Positions 12,896-26,166 of a stretch of 64,000 bases of DNA are shown here, piece by piece. Both the position numbers and the translations under genes were made by a program. This DNA is from Octopus sinensis (Eukaryota), in assembly GCF_006345805.1 (NCBI RefSeq), contig NC_043020.1:15066001-15130000 (forward strand). Direction: 5' to 3'. Positions within the stretch are counted from its first letter, which is position 1, and the number at the start of each line of letters is the position of its first letter. The notes under the pieces are model-generated. The model was not told the origin of the DNA. It made no database searches and saw nothing but the letters and a program-made list of their open reading frames with translations.

Positions 12896-13186
12896 TGGAT
12901 GCTCATAGCAGCTCTGTTGCTCTTCTGGACAGGTTGTATAATCTGTTTGGTGCCCAAACGAAACACACCCTGAGCAGTTGAATTAATTCTGTATATTTGC
13001 TATTACCATAAAATACTTTATGCTCCTTACAACTTATGAGCATGGCAACAACTGAAGGTTTTTGGTTTTGACTTAATTTGGTTTTGTCTGCCTTTGTTAC
13101 TGCCAGAACTATTCCATATTGACTGAGACCGTTCATATATCACTCAATATTCACAATGAGTCATTGAATGTTAAAGAAAAAAAAAG

Positions 13187-13590
13187 GATGTAGGAGTGGC
13201 TGTGTGGTAAGTAGCTTGTTTACCAACCACATGGTTCCGGGTTCAGTCCCACAGCGTGGCACCTTGGGCAAGTGTCTTCTACTATAGCCTCGGGCCGACC
13301 AAAGCCTGGTTAGTGGATTTGGTAGGAGGAAACTGAAAGAAGCCCGTCGTATATATATGTGTGTGTGTGTGTATATATATATATGCGTGTTGTGTTTGTC
13401 CCCCTAGCATTGCTTGGCAACCGATGCTGGTGTGTTTATGTCCCCGTTACTTAGCGGTTCGGCAAAAGAGACCGATAGAGTAAGTACTGGGCTTACAAAA
13501 GAATAAGTCCCGAGGTCGAGTTGCTTGATTAAAGGCGGTGCTCCAGCACGGCCGCAGTCAAATGACTGAAACAAGTAAAAGAGTAAGTAA
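13187..13590 (+). mobile_element. tRNA-derived SINE family B (CORE-like ccttgggcaagt segment, internal (AT)/(GT) tract, (AAAGAGT)n tail)
   Basis: Head gtggctgtgtggtaagtagcttg..ggttcagtccc (A/B-box-like). Further copies at about 6385-6735(-), 15970-16315(-), 16372-16970(+), 21100-21505(+), 25250-25790(-), 36703-37258(+), 40810-41150, 47203-47590(+), 48305-48785(+), 51498-51958(-), 54661-55033(-), 56230-56378(-). Confidence 0.85.
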
Positions 13591-13750
13591 CTACAGCATA
13601 GCATTTATGAATAAAGTCTTTTGATCTGGCCTTTCATCTACCCTACAGTGTCATTCTGAAAATCTTCGCATCATGGAAATGTCAAAGCAACAAGATAATG
13701 CATGTTTAGTCCAAAACTACTCCTTCAAATATAAGGCTTATTTACATTGT

Positions 13751-14106
13751 GGAGGCGCAATGGCCCAGTGGTTAGGGCTGCGGACTTGCGGTTTCAATTC
13801 CCAGACCAGGCGTTGTGAGTGTTTATTGAGCGAAAACACCTAAAAGCTCCACAAGGCTCCGGCAGGGATGGTGGTGATCCCTGCTGTACTCTTTCACCAC
13901 AACTTTGTCTCACTCTTACTTCCTGTTTCTGTTGTACCTGTATTTCAAAGGGCCGGCCTTGTCACTCTCTGTGTCACGCTGAATATCCCCGAGAACTACG
14001 TTAAGGGTACGCGTGTCTGTGGAGTGCTCAGCAGCCACTTACACGTTAATTTCACGAGCAGGCTGTTCCGTTGATCGGATCAACCGGAACCGACGGAGTG
14101 CTTCCA
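13751..14106 (+). mobile_element. tRNA-derived SINE family A, tail type X
   Basis: Head ggaggcgcaatggcccagtggttagggc (A box); tail ...ccgacggagtgcttcca. An inverted copy lies at 26167-26549. Confidence 0.85.
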
Positions 14107-14414
14107 CTTATTTACATTGCAATCTGAATGCTACAGGGTTAAGTACTTCAATCTCATAAATGTAAAAAGGCTGTAAGTTATCTAACTTCTATTTATTTAT
14201 CATTTTTGAGATTGAAATAATTGATGGCCCCAATTTGCGACAGTGGCGTTCCATGTGAGATTCATGCGATTAATATTCAAACTAAATCTCATTTGCATAG
14301 AACATCCACTCAAAAATCAAAGTGGTAATTCCAGGTGGATAAAGTTTTGTGGCAGAAGGACAGTGAAATATTTTGTGCAAGTCTGGTGTGAGGTAATACA
14401 TTATGTAGAAGACA

Positions 14415-15590
14415 AATCTGGGATGGAGATCATCATTTAATGCTGTTTTCCCTGCTGGCATGGGTTGGAAGGTTTGATGAGGATTGGTAAGGCCTGGAGC
14501 TGCACCAGTCTCCATTGTTTCTACAGTTGGATGCCCTTTCTAATGCCAACCATTCCAGTATACTGGGTGCTTTTTATGACACCAGCACCCGTTCTTTCTA
14601 CATGATACCTATTTCTTTATGAGCTGGCAGAAACGTTAGCACACGAAATGCTTAGCGGTATTGTGTCTGTAGTTGCGTTCCGAGTTCAAATTCCGCCGAG
14701 GTCGACTTTGCCTTTCATCCTTTCGGGGTCGATAAATTAAGTACCAGTTACGCACTGGGGTCGATGTAATCGACTTAATCCCTTTGTCTGTCCTTGTTTG
14801 TCCCCTCTATGTGTAGCCCCTTGTGGGCAATAAAGAAACATACCTATTTCTTTACTACCCACAAGGGGCTAAACAGAAAAGCCAAACAAGGACAGACAAA
14901 CGGATTAAGTCGATTACATCGACCCAGTGCATAACTGGTACTTAATTTATCGACCCCGAAAGGATGAAAGGCAAAGTCGACCTTGGCGGAATTTGAACTC
15001 AGAATGTAACGGCAGACGAAATATGGCTACGCATTTCGCCCAGCGTGCTAACGTTTCTGCCAGTTCGTTGCCTTTATCTTTCTACATGATACCAGCACTG
15101 GTATCAGTTCTACTGTGGTGGACGGGTCTTATTGAGCACAGCATGGTACCAAACATCTCAATCCTTTGTCATCATCTTCGTAAGGTTCAGTTTCTTGAGA
15201 TTGGTCTTCAATACTTCATCCCATGGCTTCCTGCATCTCCTTCCACAAGTTCCATCCATAGAGATGATACACCATAATGGAGGTAAATGGAGAGTGATTA
15301 ACAGATTAATGGAACTTAGTAATAATCCAAATCATCATTTAACGTCCACTTTCCATGCTAGCATGGGTTGGACGATTTGACCGAGGTCTGGCGAACCAGA
15401 CTCCAATCTGATCTGGCAGAGTTTCTACAGCTGGATGCCCTTCCTAACGCCAACCACTCCGAGAGTGTAGTAGGTGCTTTTACGTGCCACCGGCACGAGG
15501 GCCAATTTGGTGGTACAGGCAACGGCCACACCCAAATGGTGCTTTTTACGAGCCACCTGCACAGGAGCCAGTCCAAGTCACACTGGCGAC
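14415..15590 (-). mobile_element. Cluster of RTE 3' end copies with nested SINEs
   Basis: An RTE 3' end is split at 14593-14609/15077-15093 (TSD tctttctacatgatacc); a further copy lies at 15330-15590. Confidence 0.7.
14620..14839 (+). mobile_element. tRNA-derived SINE family C (Meta/Sauria-like central domain)
   Basis: gagttcaaattcc B-box; gtcgactttgcctttcatcctttcggggtcgataaattaagtaccag resembles the recalled Sauria/MetaSINE domain. TSD atacctatttcttta at 14605-14619 and 14840-14854. Other copies at about 1-130, 14844-15068(-), 30481-30795, 34960-35160, 37895-38100, 47632-48045. Confidence 0.8.
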
Positions 15591-16371
15591 GAATAAATAT
15601 TTACCAGTAAGATTTGTTGAGGTGGTTTCTTCAGTTGACAAGTCTTTTCCTTTGACGAAATATTTTGTCTACACACCTGTAATATAGATACCACCACAAT
15701 ACTGTACTCAGCCTACCCTTAATATAACTACCAGATGTAATATAAAAACCTAGCTTTCTCTATTTTCTTGACCCCACCCCATTAAGACTGGATATCCTAA
15801 ATAATTCAAATTGAATGAAATCATTGACAAGCTGGGGGTGGTGTCGGTGATCTTTCCCCTTTCAGGTATCCCAGCTAAAGTGCTGTATTGAGGACAAACA
15901 AGCTATTTTGTTTGATCCCATATGGTTGGCAGCAAGAGATCTTAGCCAAATTGTTATCTAATTTACTCTTACTCTTTTACTCTTTTACTTGTTTCAGTCA
16001 TTTTGACTGCGGCCATGCTGGAGCACCACCTTTTAGTACTTATTCTAAGTGACAGGGACCTAAACACACTAGCATCGGTTGTCAAGCAATGCTAGGGGGA
16101 CAAACACAGACACACAAACACACACACATATACATATATATATATATATATATGACGGGCTTCTTTCAGTTTCCGTCTGCCAAATCCACTCACAAGGCAT
16201 TGGTCGGCCCGGGGCTATAGCAGAAGACACTTGCCCAAGATGCGACGCAGTGGGACTGAACCCGCAACCGTGTGGTTGGTTAGCAAGCTACTTACCACAC
16301 AGCCACTCCTGCGCCTGCGATGTCAAAATATCGTTAAAACTGGCTCCACCTTGTAACTCTCACTTCCTATA

Positions 16372-16970
16372 TAGGCGCAGGAGTGGCTGTGTGGTAAGTA
16401 GCTTGCTAACCAACCACATGGTTCCGGGTTCAGTCCCACTGCGTGGCACCTTGGGCAAGTGTCTTCTACTATAGCCTCAGGCCGACCAAAGCCTTGTGAG
16501 TAGATTTGGTAGACTGAAACTGAAAGAAGCCCATCGTATATAGTTATATGTATATGTATATATATATATATATAGGAGTGGCTGTGTGGTAAGTAGCTTG
16601 CTAACCAACCACATGGTTCCGGGTTCAGTCCCACTGCGTGACACTTTGGGCAAGTGTCTTCTACTATAGCCTTTGGCTGACTTTGTGAGTGGATTTGGTA
16701 GACGGAAACTGAAAGAAGCCCATTGTATATATGTATATATATTTATGTGTGTGTATATATGTTAATGTGTCTGTGTTTGTCCCCCCAACATTGTTTGACA
16801 ACCGATGCTGGTGTGTTTACGTCCCCGTAACTTAGCAGTTCAGCAAAAGAGACCGTTAGAATAAGCACTAGGCTTACAAAGAATAAGTCCTGGGGTCGGT
16901 CTGCTCGACTAAAGGCGGTGCTCCAGCATGGCCACAGTCAAATGACCGAAACAGGTAAAAGAGTAAAGAG
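16372..16970 (+). mobile_element. SINE family B with duplicated 5' half, head-to-head with the - copy at 15970-16315
   Basis: Head repeated at 16372 and about 16575. Confidence 0.85.
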
Positions 16971-17416
16971 TATACCATGTAGATAAGGATTGCACTCCCT
17001 AAAGGGGACAAGAAACAGCTGAACACTTAAAGGTGATAATGATATATGAAGCTAAATATTCACAATCCAATTAAGTCAACTTTCTAAATATTTATGACTA
17101 AAAAAAAGGCATACGAAACAGCAGTTTTGACATGGATCTGTGGCAGTGACGTAAGAGTCAGTAACAGCTGTAACAAGTTCTTTCATTGATCCACTCAGCT
17201 TGAGCTTAGTAGCAAGAGAGATTTTATGTAAGGGTTAGGGTTTATAAGGCAGTTAGTTAACTACAACCTCCATCATCAACATATTACTGGTATTACTCAG
17301 CGTGCTAGAAATAGCAGCCAAGTTACTTGTTACTATCTTAGGTATATGAGAGTAATATCATCTCTGATATTTAAAGTCTTCACCCTATGAGATGTCATCT
17401 GGTTTATTTGCTTCTA

Positions 17417-17935
17417 TTAACCCTTTCGTTGCTGTATTTATTTTGAGATGCTCTGTGTTTCTTTCAATTATTTTAAATATAACAAAGAATTTAATTAAAT
17501 AACTTAGTTACCTTTCAGCTAGTATTAGGAACATAAATTGTGACTAAGGTTTGGTGGAAGATTTTAATTCAAAACTTATGAAAACAAGACATTTGTACTA
17601 CAGAGGTGGTTTCAGGTGGGTTGGTATCAAAATGGTTAAGACAGGAAGAACTAGCAGTGGCCCAAGGTGTCTTGATATTTATGTATCATTCATTTTTACA
17701 TTTGTTTTAACACTTTTGTTACCATATTTCTGTTGAGAGACTCTGTGTTTCTTTCAATTAATTTTAAATGTAACAAAGAATTTAGTAAAATAACTTAGTT
17801 ACCTTTCAGCTAGTATTAGGAACATAAATTGTGACTAAGGTTTGGTAGAAGATTTTAATTCAAAACTTATGAAAACAAGACATTTGTACTCAGAGCCAAA
17901 GCCGGTTTCAGCCTGGTTGGTAATGAAAGGATTAA
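17417..17935 (+). mobile_element. Composite of two TTAA-bounded MITE units plus a spacer of about 70 bp
   Basis: Units 17417-17639 and 17707-17935, each bounded by TTAA. The whole arrangement recurs inverted at about 38370-38867. Confidence 0.75.
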
Positions 17936-17944
17936 TGACATAGA

Positions 17945-19255
17945 TGCCAACTTTAAAAATTCCACAGTGCTGAAATATGCAGATGACATCAAGCTGTACC
18001 TTGAGATAAAAAGGACAGATGCTGAACACTATAGATCTTTCCTCCAATCACACCTGGACACAATGGATCATGGACTGGCAACTCAAGCAGGCTGTGGGTA
18101 AGTGAACCACCATGTACTTTGGGAGGAAAAACCCGGTGTCCATATACTCTCTCCACAACACTAATATCAAGAAGTCTTGTATATGTGACCTGGGCATTGC
18201 TGTCAGCAGTAATTTGCGCCGAACAAAGCACATCTCTAAAATTGTCAAGAAGGCTGAGTGTGTCTTGGCATCACTCAGCAAGAACTTTGTCAGTCACTCT
18301 CCAGCAATCTATTTAAGGCTGTATATGGTTATGGGAGGCGCAATGGCCCAGTGGTTAGGGCAGCAGACTCGCGGTCGTAGGATCGCAGTTTCGGTTCCCA
18401 GACCAGGTGTTGTGAGTATTTATTGAGCGAAAACACCTAAAGCTCCACGAGGCTCCGGCAGAGGGTGGCGATCCCTGCTGTACTCTTTCGCCACAACTTT
18501 CTCTCACTCTTTCTTCTGTTGGCCTGCTCGCTTAGCCAGCGGGGTGGCATCATTTGAAGGCTAAAAAACAATGCGAAGCGCATTGTGACCAGCAATGTGT
18601 AGCAACAGCTGATAGCCTGGTTGGTCATGGTGATATGGCTGTGGCGCAGCCACAATTGGAATTTGCATCACCAGTCTGGAACCCCTATCTTGCTCAGGAC
18701 ATTGACCTCCTGGAAACTGTTCAGAGACATGCAACCAAGCAAATAGCCTCCATCAAGCATCTACCATACTCTGAATGCCTTGCTTCCCTGGGCATAGATA
18801 CATTGAAATTCCAATGTCTGGCAACTGACTTGGTAAACACACACAAAATTATTTACCATTGTGCCAACACCCACCTCGAGCACCTTTTTGAGCTCCATGT
18901 GTCTAACACATGTGGGCATTCCTACGAAGTCAGAAAGCAGCACAAGTACCATGACTTTTGGAAACATTTTTTCACACTGAGTTGCTGAAGCATGGAACAA
19001 CCTACCTGCATCAGTTGTTAGTTGCTGAGACATTGCATCCTTTAAAACCTCTATGCTTCCTGAAATTCGCCAACATTACACCTGATATCCCCACCTCCAT
19101 ACACATGCACACATATATATTCATGACTCATACACTGTTCACCTTCCTGACTTTTATACATAAGTCTATGTACTGTACATGCACCTTTGATGAGTTGTAG
19201 TGCACCTTTGATGAGTTGTAGTGCACCTGAGCACTATGCACAATTTTATTATTAT
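17945..19255 (+). mobile_element. CR1/L2-group LINE fragment with RT YADD motif, interrupted by a SINE at about 18335-18650
   Basis: LKYADDIKLY at about 17971. QLEFASPVWNPYLAQDIDLLETVQR after the SINE. (ATT)n tail at about 19245. Confidence 0.85.
18335..18640 (+). mobile_element. SINE family A head with tail type Y, inserted in a CR1-like LINE
   Basis: Same head; tail ggcctgctcgcttagccagcgggg...tgtgaccagc. Confidence 0.8.
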
Positions 19256-19849
19256 AGCTGCAGTGTTTTTGATCAGCTCTACTCAATATTGACCTAGGGC
19301 TAAACAATGGACATTATTAGAAACCTTTCGTTACCAACTGAGGTAATAACTCTCAGAACTTTCACCTCCTGTTCTTACTCTGGCCGCTATCCTTTCAGAA
19401 CATCCTCCTCCACTGTTAATTAGGTCAGCTAGATAGTCTATAATTCTTAAGGTGTAACCTTGTCACACTTTTTCTACCTAAGGATTGCATTAATGATAAA
19501 CATACCTGTTGAATATTCAGCCACTTAAATGCTAATTTAATGAGCAGGTAACTCCGTTGATCAACCAACTGAATACTTATTGTTGAAATTCAACAGTTTT
19601 ACAAATGAAATTGTACAAAGAAATCAATGAGAACAGCATCAATATAATTTATATCCATTTTAATGAAATTAAGGACAACTGTTGACGGTTGCAACAATAT
19701 AATTCTTTTTTGAACATAAAACAACTAACATGTAGCATTTCATGTAGAATATAACAACATCTTCATTGTTTGATGCCTGTTCTCCATGCTGGCACGGGTT
19801 GGACTATTGAACAAGAACTGATGGACCAATCTCTGCTTTAGATTGATGC

Positions 19850-20172
19850 TCATCATCATCATCATCATCATCGTTTAACGTCCGTTCTCCATGCTAGCAT
19901 GGGTTGGACGGTTCGACCGGGGATCTGGGAAGCCAGAAGGCTGCACCAGGCTCCAGTCTTATCTGGCAATGTTTCTACAGCTGGATGCCCTTCCTAACGC
20001 CAACCACTCCGTGAGTGTAGTGGGTGCTTTTTACGTGCCACCCGCACAGGTACCAGGCGAGGCTGGCAATGGCTACGGTCAGATTGGTGCAATTTACGTG
20101 CCGCTGGCACGGAAGCCAGTCGAGGCGGCGCTGGCATCGGCCACGATTCGGATAGTGCTTTTTACGTACCAC
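19850..20172 (-). mobile_element. RTE 3' UTR copy
   Basis: (CAT)n plus consensus on the + strand. Confidence 0.8.
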
Positions 20173-20603
20173 AATTACACAAATTGTAATTAATTACAAT
20201 TGTGCTAATTACACAACTTGAAATATTTCTTTATAAATAGTAATTACTCTTAATTGTTTCAGTCATTTGACTGTGGCCATGCTGGAGCACCGCCTTGAGT
20301 CAAGCAAATCAACCCCAGAGCTTATTCTTTATAAGCCTAGTACTTATTCTATTGGTCTCTTTTTGTGCATTTTGTTTGCAGAAATTAAAGAAATAACAGT
20401 AATAACGTTTAAGAAATGTTGCTTATGAATGATTCTTTTATGACTTCATTGCTTTCAGGCTTAGCTTAAGGTATTTTTGCACCTGATATCACAAAATGCA
20501 TCTGAATAAACATTGCCAGACAGCAAATAGAGACTCGGACATTGCTTAGAAGATATTTTTCATTTTTAACCTCGTATATAGTATGCACTAGGGATTTTGA
20601 TCT

Positions 20604-20830
20604 TTAACCCTTTAGTGTTCAGATTATTCTATCAAACATAATGCTTATTGATTCCCATTGATTTGAATTAATCATGCATTATCTCATATCTTCAAGATCT
20701 TGATGGTGTAATTACTTAATGTAGAATAACATTGTAGGGTAGGTGTGAGGGCCTGGATCTGGTCAGTTTGAACATAAAACAGATTCGCTATTTTGGCCGG
20801 ATATGGCCGGTTTAAATACTAAAGGGTTAA
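20604..20830. mobile_element. piggyBac-type MITE (TTAA-CCCTTTAG...CTAAAGGG-TTAA)
   Basis: TTAA at 20604-20607 and 20827-20830 flanking CCC/GGG TIRs. Related copies at about 164-370, 516-705, 11267-11486, 11487-12097, 20870-21041, 31313-31542, 39556-39775, 44019-44239, 50205-50628. Confidence 0.8.
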
Positions 20831-22894
20831 ATTTTGGGGAAAAAATGCAGATTATACTCGAGGATTTACGGTATATTCAAACTGGTCAGCTCCAGCCTCT
20901 CACATTCATGCTATGTCATTCTTAGAATATACAATCACATCATTGAAATCACAAAGCTACAAGACAATGCATAATTAATTCAAAACAATATGAATAAATA
21001 AGCTTTACATTTGACAGAGCAATCTGAATGCTAAAAGGTTATACGATGATGGTGATGACAATGATGTGTGTGTATGTATATAAACATGGTGTATGTATAT
21101 AGGCGTAGGAGTGACTGTGTGGTAAGTAGCTTGCTTACCAACCACATGGTTCCGGGTTCAGTCCCACTGCGTGGCACTTTGGGAAAGTGTCTTCTGCTAT
21201 AGCCTCGGGCCAACTAAAGCCTTGTGAGTGGATTTAGTAGATGGAAACTGAAAGAAGCCCGTCGTATATATGTATATATATATATATATTTGTGTGTGTG
21301 TTTGTGTGTCTGTGTTTGTCCCCCTCCCCAACATCGCTTGACAACCGATGCTGGTGTGTTTACGTCCCCGTCACTTAGCAGTTCGGCAAAAGAGACCGAT
21401 AGAACAAGTACAAGGCTTACAAAGAATAAGTCCTGGGGTCGATTTACTCGACTAAAGGCGGTGCTCCAGCATGGCCACAGTCAAATGACTGAAACAAGTA
21501 AAAGAGAGAGGGTAAAGAATATATATATTTATGCACATTTCACAAATGAAAAAAATAATCGGTAACAGTTAATATTTTTCAAAGAATTTTATTGTAGTTG
21601 GTTTTATGGAGATGTTTCTGGTGTGCACTCAACCGATGCCTGCATCCGTTGAACGAATATTAAAAACAATGATGTTGATAACGATGACAATTTTAAAGTC
21701 TTCAATTAAGTCTCCCTGAATTGCTTTGCGAGATTCAAATATCTGATTTAAACATGGCATTAACATGTTTTTACTGGCATTAGAAGATGGCTTGATAAAT
21801 TTGAAAGACATTTTGGATAGCAGATAACGGGGTTCAAAATAATACTTAAAAAGAACTAAACCATTTATTTAAAGCTGTAATGAAAGCCATCACTTCTCTT
21901 CTTGGACTCTCTATAACCATTGCATAGTTCCTGCTACACCGTGCTGGATTAAAGTGAAGAGAAACCTTAGGCTATTCCCATTTATAAGGAACCCCTCCTC
22001 CTAAAAAGCCTATGACAAGTGTCAAAAATATATACATCTTGGATTTTGGGGTCCCTTATCATCAGCCTGCCAACCATATAAGTAAATTTGGTGCATACGC
22101 TTCATGAAAAATTGGTAATTGGCTATCATCATTCCTTGTCCTACATGCACACACATTCTCTCTCTCTCTCTCTCTCTCTCATTTTCTCTTTATCTTTACT
22201 CCCTTAATTTTTGGTCATCTTTACATAGGTATATAAACAAGGAAGGATTCTTATGTTATCAGTTGTGAAAAAAAAATAGCTTCTTTAAATTCTCATGCAT
22301 CTCATTACTATTGGACTATTATCCTGTAAGTTTGGTTTGAAGGACACGAAATTATTTTTCCAAATTCATTTTGTGTTAAATCATCTCATGTGTTTCTGTA
22401 TATGTGACACTGGATCGTTTATATGACCATTCCTAAATGACACTGGATCAATTGGTGGAAATTGTGAAGTTCATATACAAGAGACACTTGTAGAATCCTT
22501 ACATAACATCTCTGTAGTTACTGGTCTATTTTGAAATCCCTTATTTTACAGCTGTAGAGATACTACACAGAAGTGATTTGTGAAATCATTACGCAATAGC
22601 TGAAGACTTACTGCATAAACACCGGTAGTTGTGAGTTCATAATTTAGGATTATTGTATGACTATATATATATATATATATATATACATACATACATATAT
22701 ATACATACATACATACATATACATACATATACATACATACATACATATACATACATACATATACATACATACATACATACATATACATACATACATACAT
22801 ACATACATACATTTACATACATACATACATACATATATATACATACATACATACATATACATACATACATACATATACATACATACATACATAC

Positions 22895-22925
<31 letters not shown>

Positions 22926-22926
22926 C

Positions 22927-22958
<32 letters not shown>

Positions 22959-22970
22959 TATATATAATTG

Positions 22971-23275
22971 TGGAGGTGCAATGGCCCAGTGGTTAGGGAA
23001 GCGGACTCGCAGTCGGAGGATCGCGGTTTCGATTCCCAGACTGGGCGTTGTGTGTGTTTACTGAACGAAAACACCTAAAAGCTCCATGAGGCTCCAGCAG
23101 GGGGATGGTGGTGACCTCTGTTGTACTCTTTCGCCACAACTTTCTCTCACACTCTCTTCCTGTTTCTTGAGTAATGCTGCGATGGATTAGCGTCCCGTCC
23201 AGCTGAGGGGAACACATACGCCACAGAAACCGGGAAACCGGGTCCATGAGCCTGGCTAGGCTTGAAAAGGGTGAC
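22971..23275 (+). mobile_element. SINE family A head with tail type Z
   Basis: Same head; tail cgtcccgtccagctg..aacacatacgcc..aaaccgggaaaccggg..catgagcctgg. Confidence 0.8.
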
Positions 23276-23517
23276 GTTTATCTTTTTATATATATATAAT
23301 TAATAGTTGTCAGGTCACTGTACAAGACTACATATATAAATACATATATACATGCACCATGCATAAATACACACACACACACACATCATAGTTGTGGGGT
23401 CACATCACAGCTATATTAGATACTCAGCATCAACCGTTCCTTCAACCTTCCTTACATACAAGTGTAATCTATTCTGCTTAAATTCTACATTTACTTAACT
23501 CACCAATTCCACAACTG

Positions 23518-23523
23518 TTTTAT
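23518..23523 (-). terminator. Candidate polyadenylation signal of the F-box/LRR gene
   Basis: tttatt on + (AATAAA on -) about 65 nt downstream of the stop codon. Confidence 0.35.
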
Positions 23524-23586
23524 TTTAATAACTGAAATGAAAATATATTAGATTTCCTAAAGAAATATTTTCTCTCCTCAAATAAA

Positions 23587-24660
23587 TTAGTTGAAAGCAT
23601 AAATCTGAGGAGGAAAACTGTGTGTCCATCTAACTGATTCATGCGGAAAAACTACATATTTTTGGCAACAAAGTTCAGTTAAATCTTGTTCTATTCCTTT
23701 CAGGAATAACCGTATACTTTCTGCACATTCACCAAGATTTAGAGCTAAGAGTTCTGGACAGTCAAGATACAGCTGCTGCAACTGATTGCAGCCAAACATG
23801 TTTAAATAGCGCAGCAAACACTGTTGGATTGCGACTTTTTCCAGATTGCGACATTTCTCCAAATTCAAATGTGCTATGTTTGAACAGCCAATCAACGCCA
23901 TCTGCAGGACATAATCTGTCATTTGGCAACGATAAAGGACAATAGTTCTTGCTAAGGGAGTGCAGATAGAAAGCAAGTTGAGTTTACAGTCAAAGAATCG
24001 TAAGAAACCAACGGCCGTGAGAGCTTGGATGACACAAGAATCTAACACCAGTTGATCATCACTACAGAGGTTGAGTTCTATGGAATCTACACTGACGCAC
24101 TGGATAGTCATTGTCTTTAATGAAGGTAGACCTATCAAAGCTACTTTACATAAATGGTTAGCTATGATATAGACATGACTCACTGTAATAATATCACTCT
24201 CCGATTCTGTGTGGAGTAGACGTAAGGTAGGGCTTCTTATGTGAAGTGTTTCACAAGCAAAATCAGCCAAAAGACACAGTTCTTGTACATTAGGAATGGT
24301 AAATTCATCTAAAGTCAAGCTGTCTTGTGAAATACAACCAAGTTTCAAGCAGATAATCGAAGGATTATTTTGAAGCGTTTCTTTGAAGCTATTCATTTCG
24401 ATTTCTTCACAGTAAGATAATTCCAGTATGGTGAGGCGTTGACTACGAATATTTAGTGTCCGTAACACATCACTGCCATTGACAGCCACCCGGCGAAGTT
24501 TGGATGAGAACAGCTCCAAATGTTCGATTGATTCTAGACCATAGTCGATTTCTGTCACACGTAAAGAGTCGGCTTCGACGCTGACAAACACGACATTCCA
24601 CAAATTGTAAAGATAGAGCTTTTGAAGGGAAGAACTTAGAAGACGGATACCGTGGAGATG
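23587..24660 (-). CDS. F-box/LRR-repeat protein, coding exon 3 (terminal, LRR-rich)
   Basis: Acceptor ctctattttcag ends at 24661, phase 0. Open 1074 nt with repeated Cys-containing LRRs (e.g. LTILELSYCEEI, IAHLNLEKCRNL, LRYLNMFGCNQL). Stop TAA at 23587-23589. Confidence 0.9.
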   Translation of the reverse strand, partial: HLHGIRLLSSSLQKLYLYNLWNVVFVSVEADSLRVTEIDYGLESIEHLELFSSKLRRVAVNGSDVLRTLNIRSQRLTILELSYCEEIEMNSFKETLQNNPSIICLKLGCISQDSLTLDEFTIPNVQELCLLADFACETLHIRSPTLRLLHTESESDIITVSHVYIIANHLCKVALIGLPSLKTMTIQCVSVDSIELNLCSDDQLVLDSCVIQALTAVGFLRFFDCKLNLLSICTPLARTIVLYRCQMTDYVLQMALIGCSNIAHLNLEKCRNLEKVAIQQCLLRYLNMFGCNQLQQLYLDCPELLALNLGECAESIRLFLKGIEQDLTELCCQKYVVFPHESVRWTHSFPPQIYAFN

Positions 24661-24884
24661 CTGAAAATAGAGAAAATATAATAAAAATTTAATAAATTTA
24701 AATTTAAACAAATAACAATTATAACATTAAAGAAAAAATAACAATGAATAATAAAACTAACAATATTAAAATGAAATCTTTTATCTTTTACTTGTTTATC
24801 ATTTGACTGTGGCCATACTGGGACACTACCTTGAAGAATTTTAGTCAAATTTATGGACCCCAATACTTATTATTAGTGCTATAA

Positions 24885-25240
24885 GGCACGTGGCTCAGTG
24901 GTTAGAGCATTGAGCTTACGATCGTGAGGTTGTGAGCTCGAATCCTGGACCAGGCTGCGTGTTGTGTTCTTGAGCAAGACACTTTATTTCACGTTGCTCC
25001 AGTTCACTCAGCTGTAGAAATGAGTTGCGACGTCACAGGTGCCAAGCTGTATCGGCCCTTGCCTTCCCCTTGGACAACATCGGTGACATGGAGAGGGGAG
25101 GCCGGTATGCATGGGCGACTGCTGGTCTTCCATGAAACAACCTTGCCCAGACTTGTGCCTCAGAGAGTAACTCTCTAGGTGCAAACCCATGGTCAGTGTC
25201 TGACCGAAGGGGGTCAGTGTCTGACCGAAGGGGGTCACTA
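24885..25240 (+). mobile_element. tRNA-derived SINE family G
   Basis: Head ggcacgtggctcagtggttagagc, body cttgagcaagacactttatttcac..cactcagctg. Related copies at about 5800-6075(+), 10055-10400(-), 43628-43960(+), 52020-52330(+), 58443-58690(+). Confidence 0.8.
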
Positions 25241-26166
25241 TCACTATAAAGCCTGGTACTTATTCTATCAGTTTCGTTTGCCAGACTGCTAAGTTATAGG
25301 GAGATAAACATACCAACATCAGTTGTCAAGCGGTGGTGGGGGACAAACACATACACAAAGATACACACAGACAAACTTATATATATATATTATACATGAT
25401 GGGCTTCTTTCAGTTTCCATCTACCAAATCCACTCACAAGGCTTTAGTCAAGCAAATCAACCCCCAAGACTTATTCTTTGTAAGCCTAGTACTTATTCTA
25501 TCAGTCACTTTTGCCGAACCGCTAAGTTACAGGGATGTAAACACACCAGCATCGGTTGTCAAATGATGTTGGGGGGACAAACACAGACACACAAACATAC
25601 ACATATATATACATATACATATATACGACAGGCTTCTTTCAGTTTCCATCTACAAATTCATTCACAAGGCTTTGGTCGGCCTGGGGCTATAGCAGAAGAC
25701 AGTTGTCCAAGGTGCCACACAGTGGTACCGAACCCGGAATCGTGTGGTTGGTACACAAGCTACTTACCACACAGCCACTCCTGCGCCTATAACCCCATAA
25801 TTGTTATGATAAAGTGAATCCAGTACTCCAAGTAAAGTTGATGAGCACATGACATTATAAGGTTGAGAGGATCCTTAGTCTTGTTGAGGACATTACAACC
25901 CTCTAGAGTTGATGCCACAAAGAGAAATACACCCTTGTACAAAGTGATTGGTGTGAAGAAGGGCATGGATCATAGGAACCAAGCTAAGATGGAAAGGAGT
26001 TCCTGGCTTTGGGTAAAAGAAAATACAGAACGATCAGTTAATTACGATTTTATTCAACATGTTCCCCTCTCAGATTCACACACTTATTACAGTGGTCCTT
26101 GAGCTTTTCTAAGCCCTGTAAAAGAACTTTGAAGAACAGGTCTCCAACTAGGACTTTTGTGATGTG

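Noticed and set aside
13751-13800. tRNA-like sequences at SINE heads
   Set aside because: A/B boxes are present but there is no acceptor stem closure, and they continue into SINE bodies; not tRNA genes.
8661-23587. Functional linkage of two adjacent ubiquitin-ligase genes
   Set aside because: They are convergent, 15 kb apart and belong to different ligase classes; adjacency alone is not evidence.
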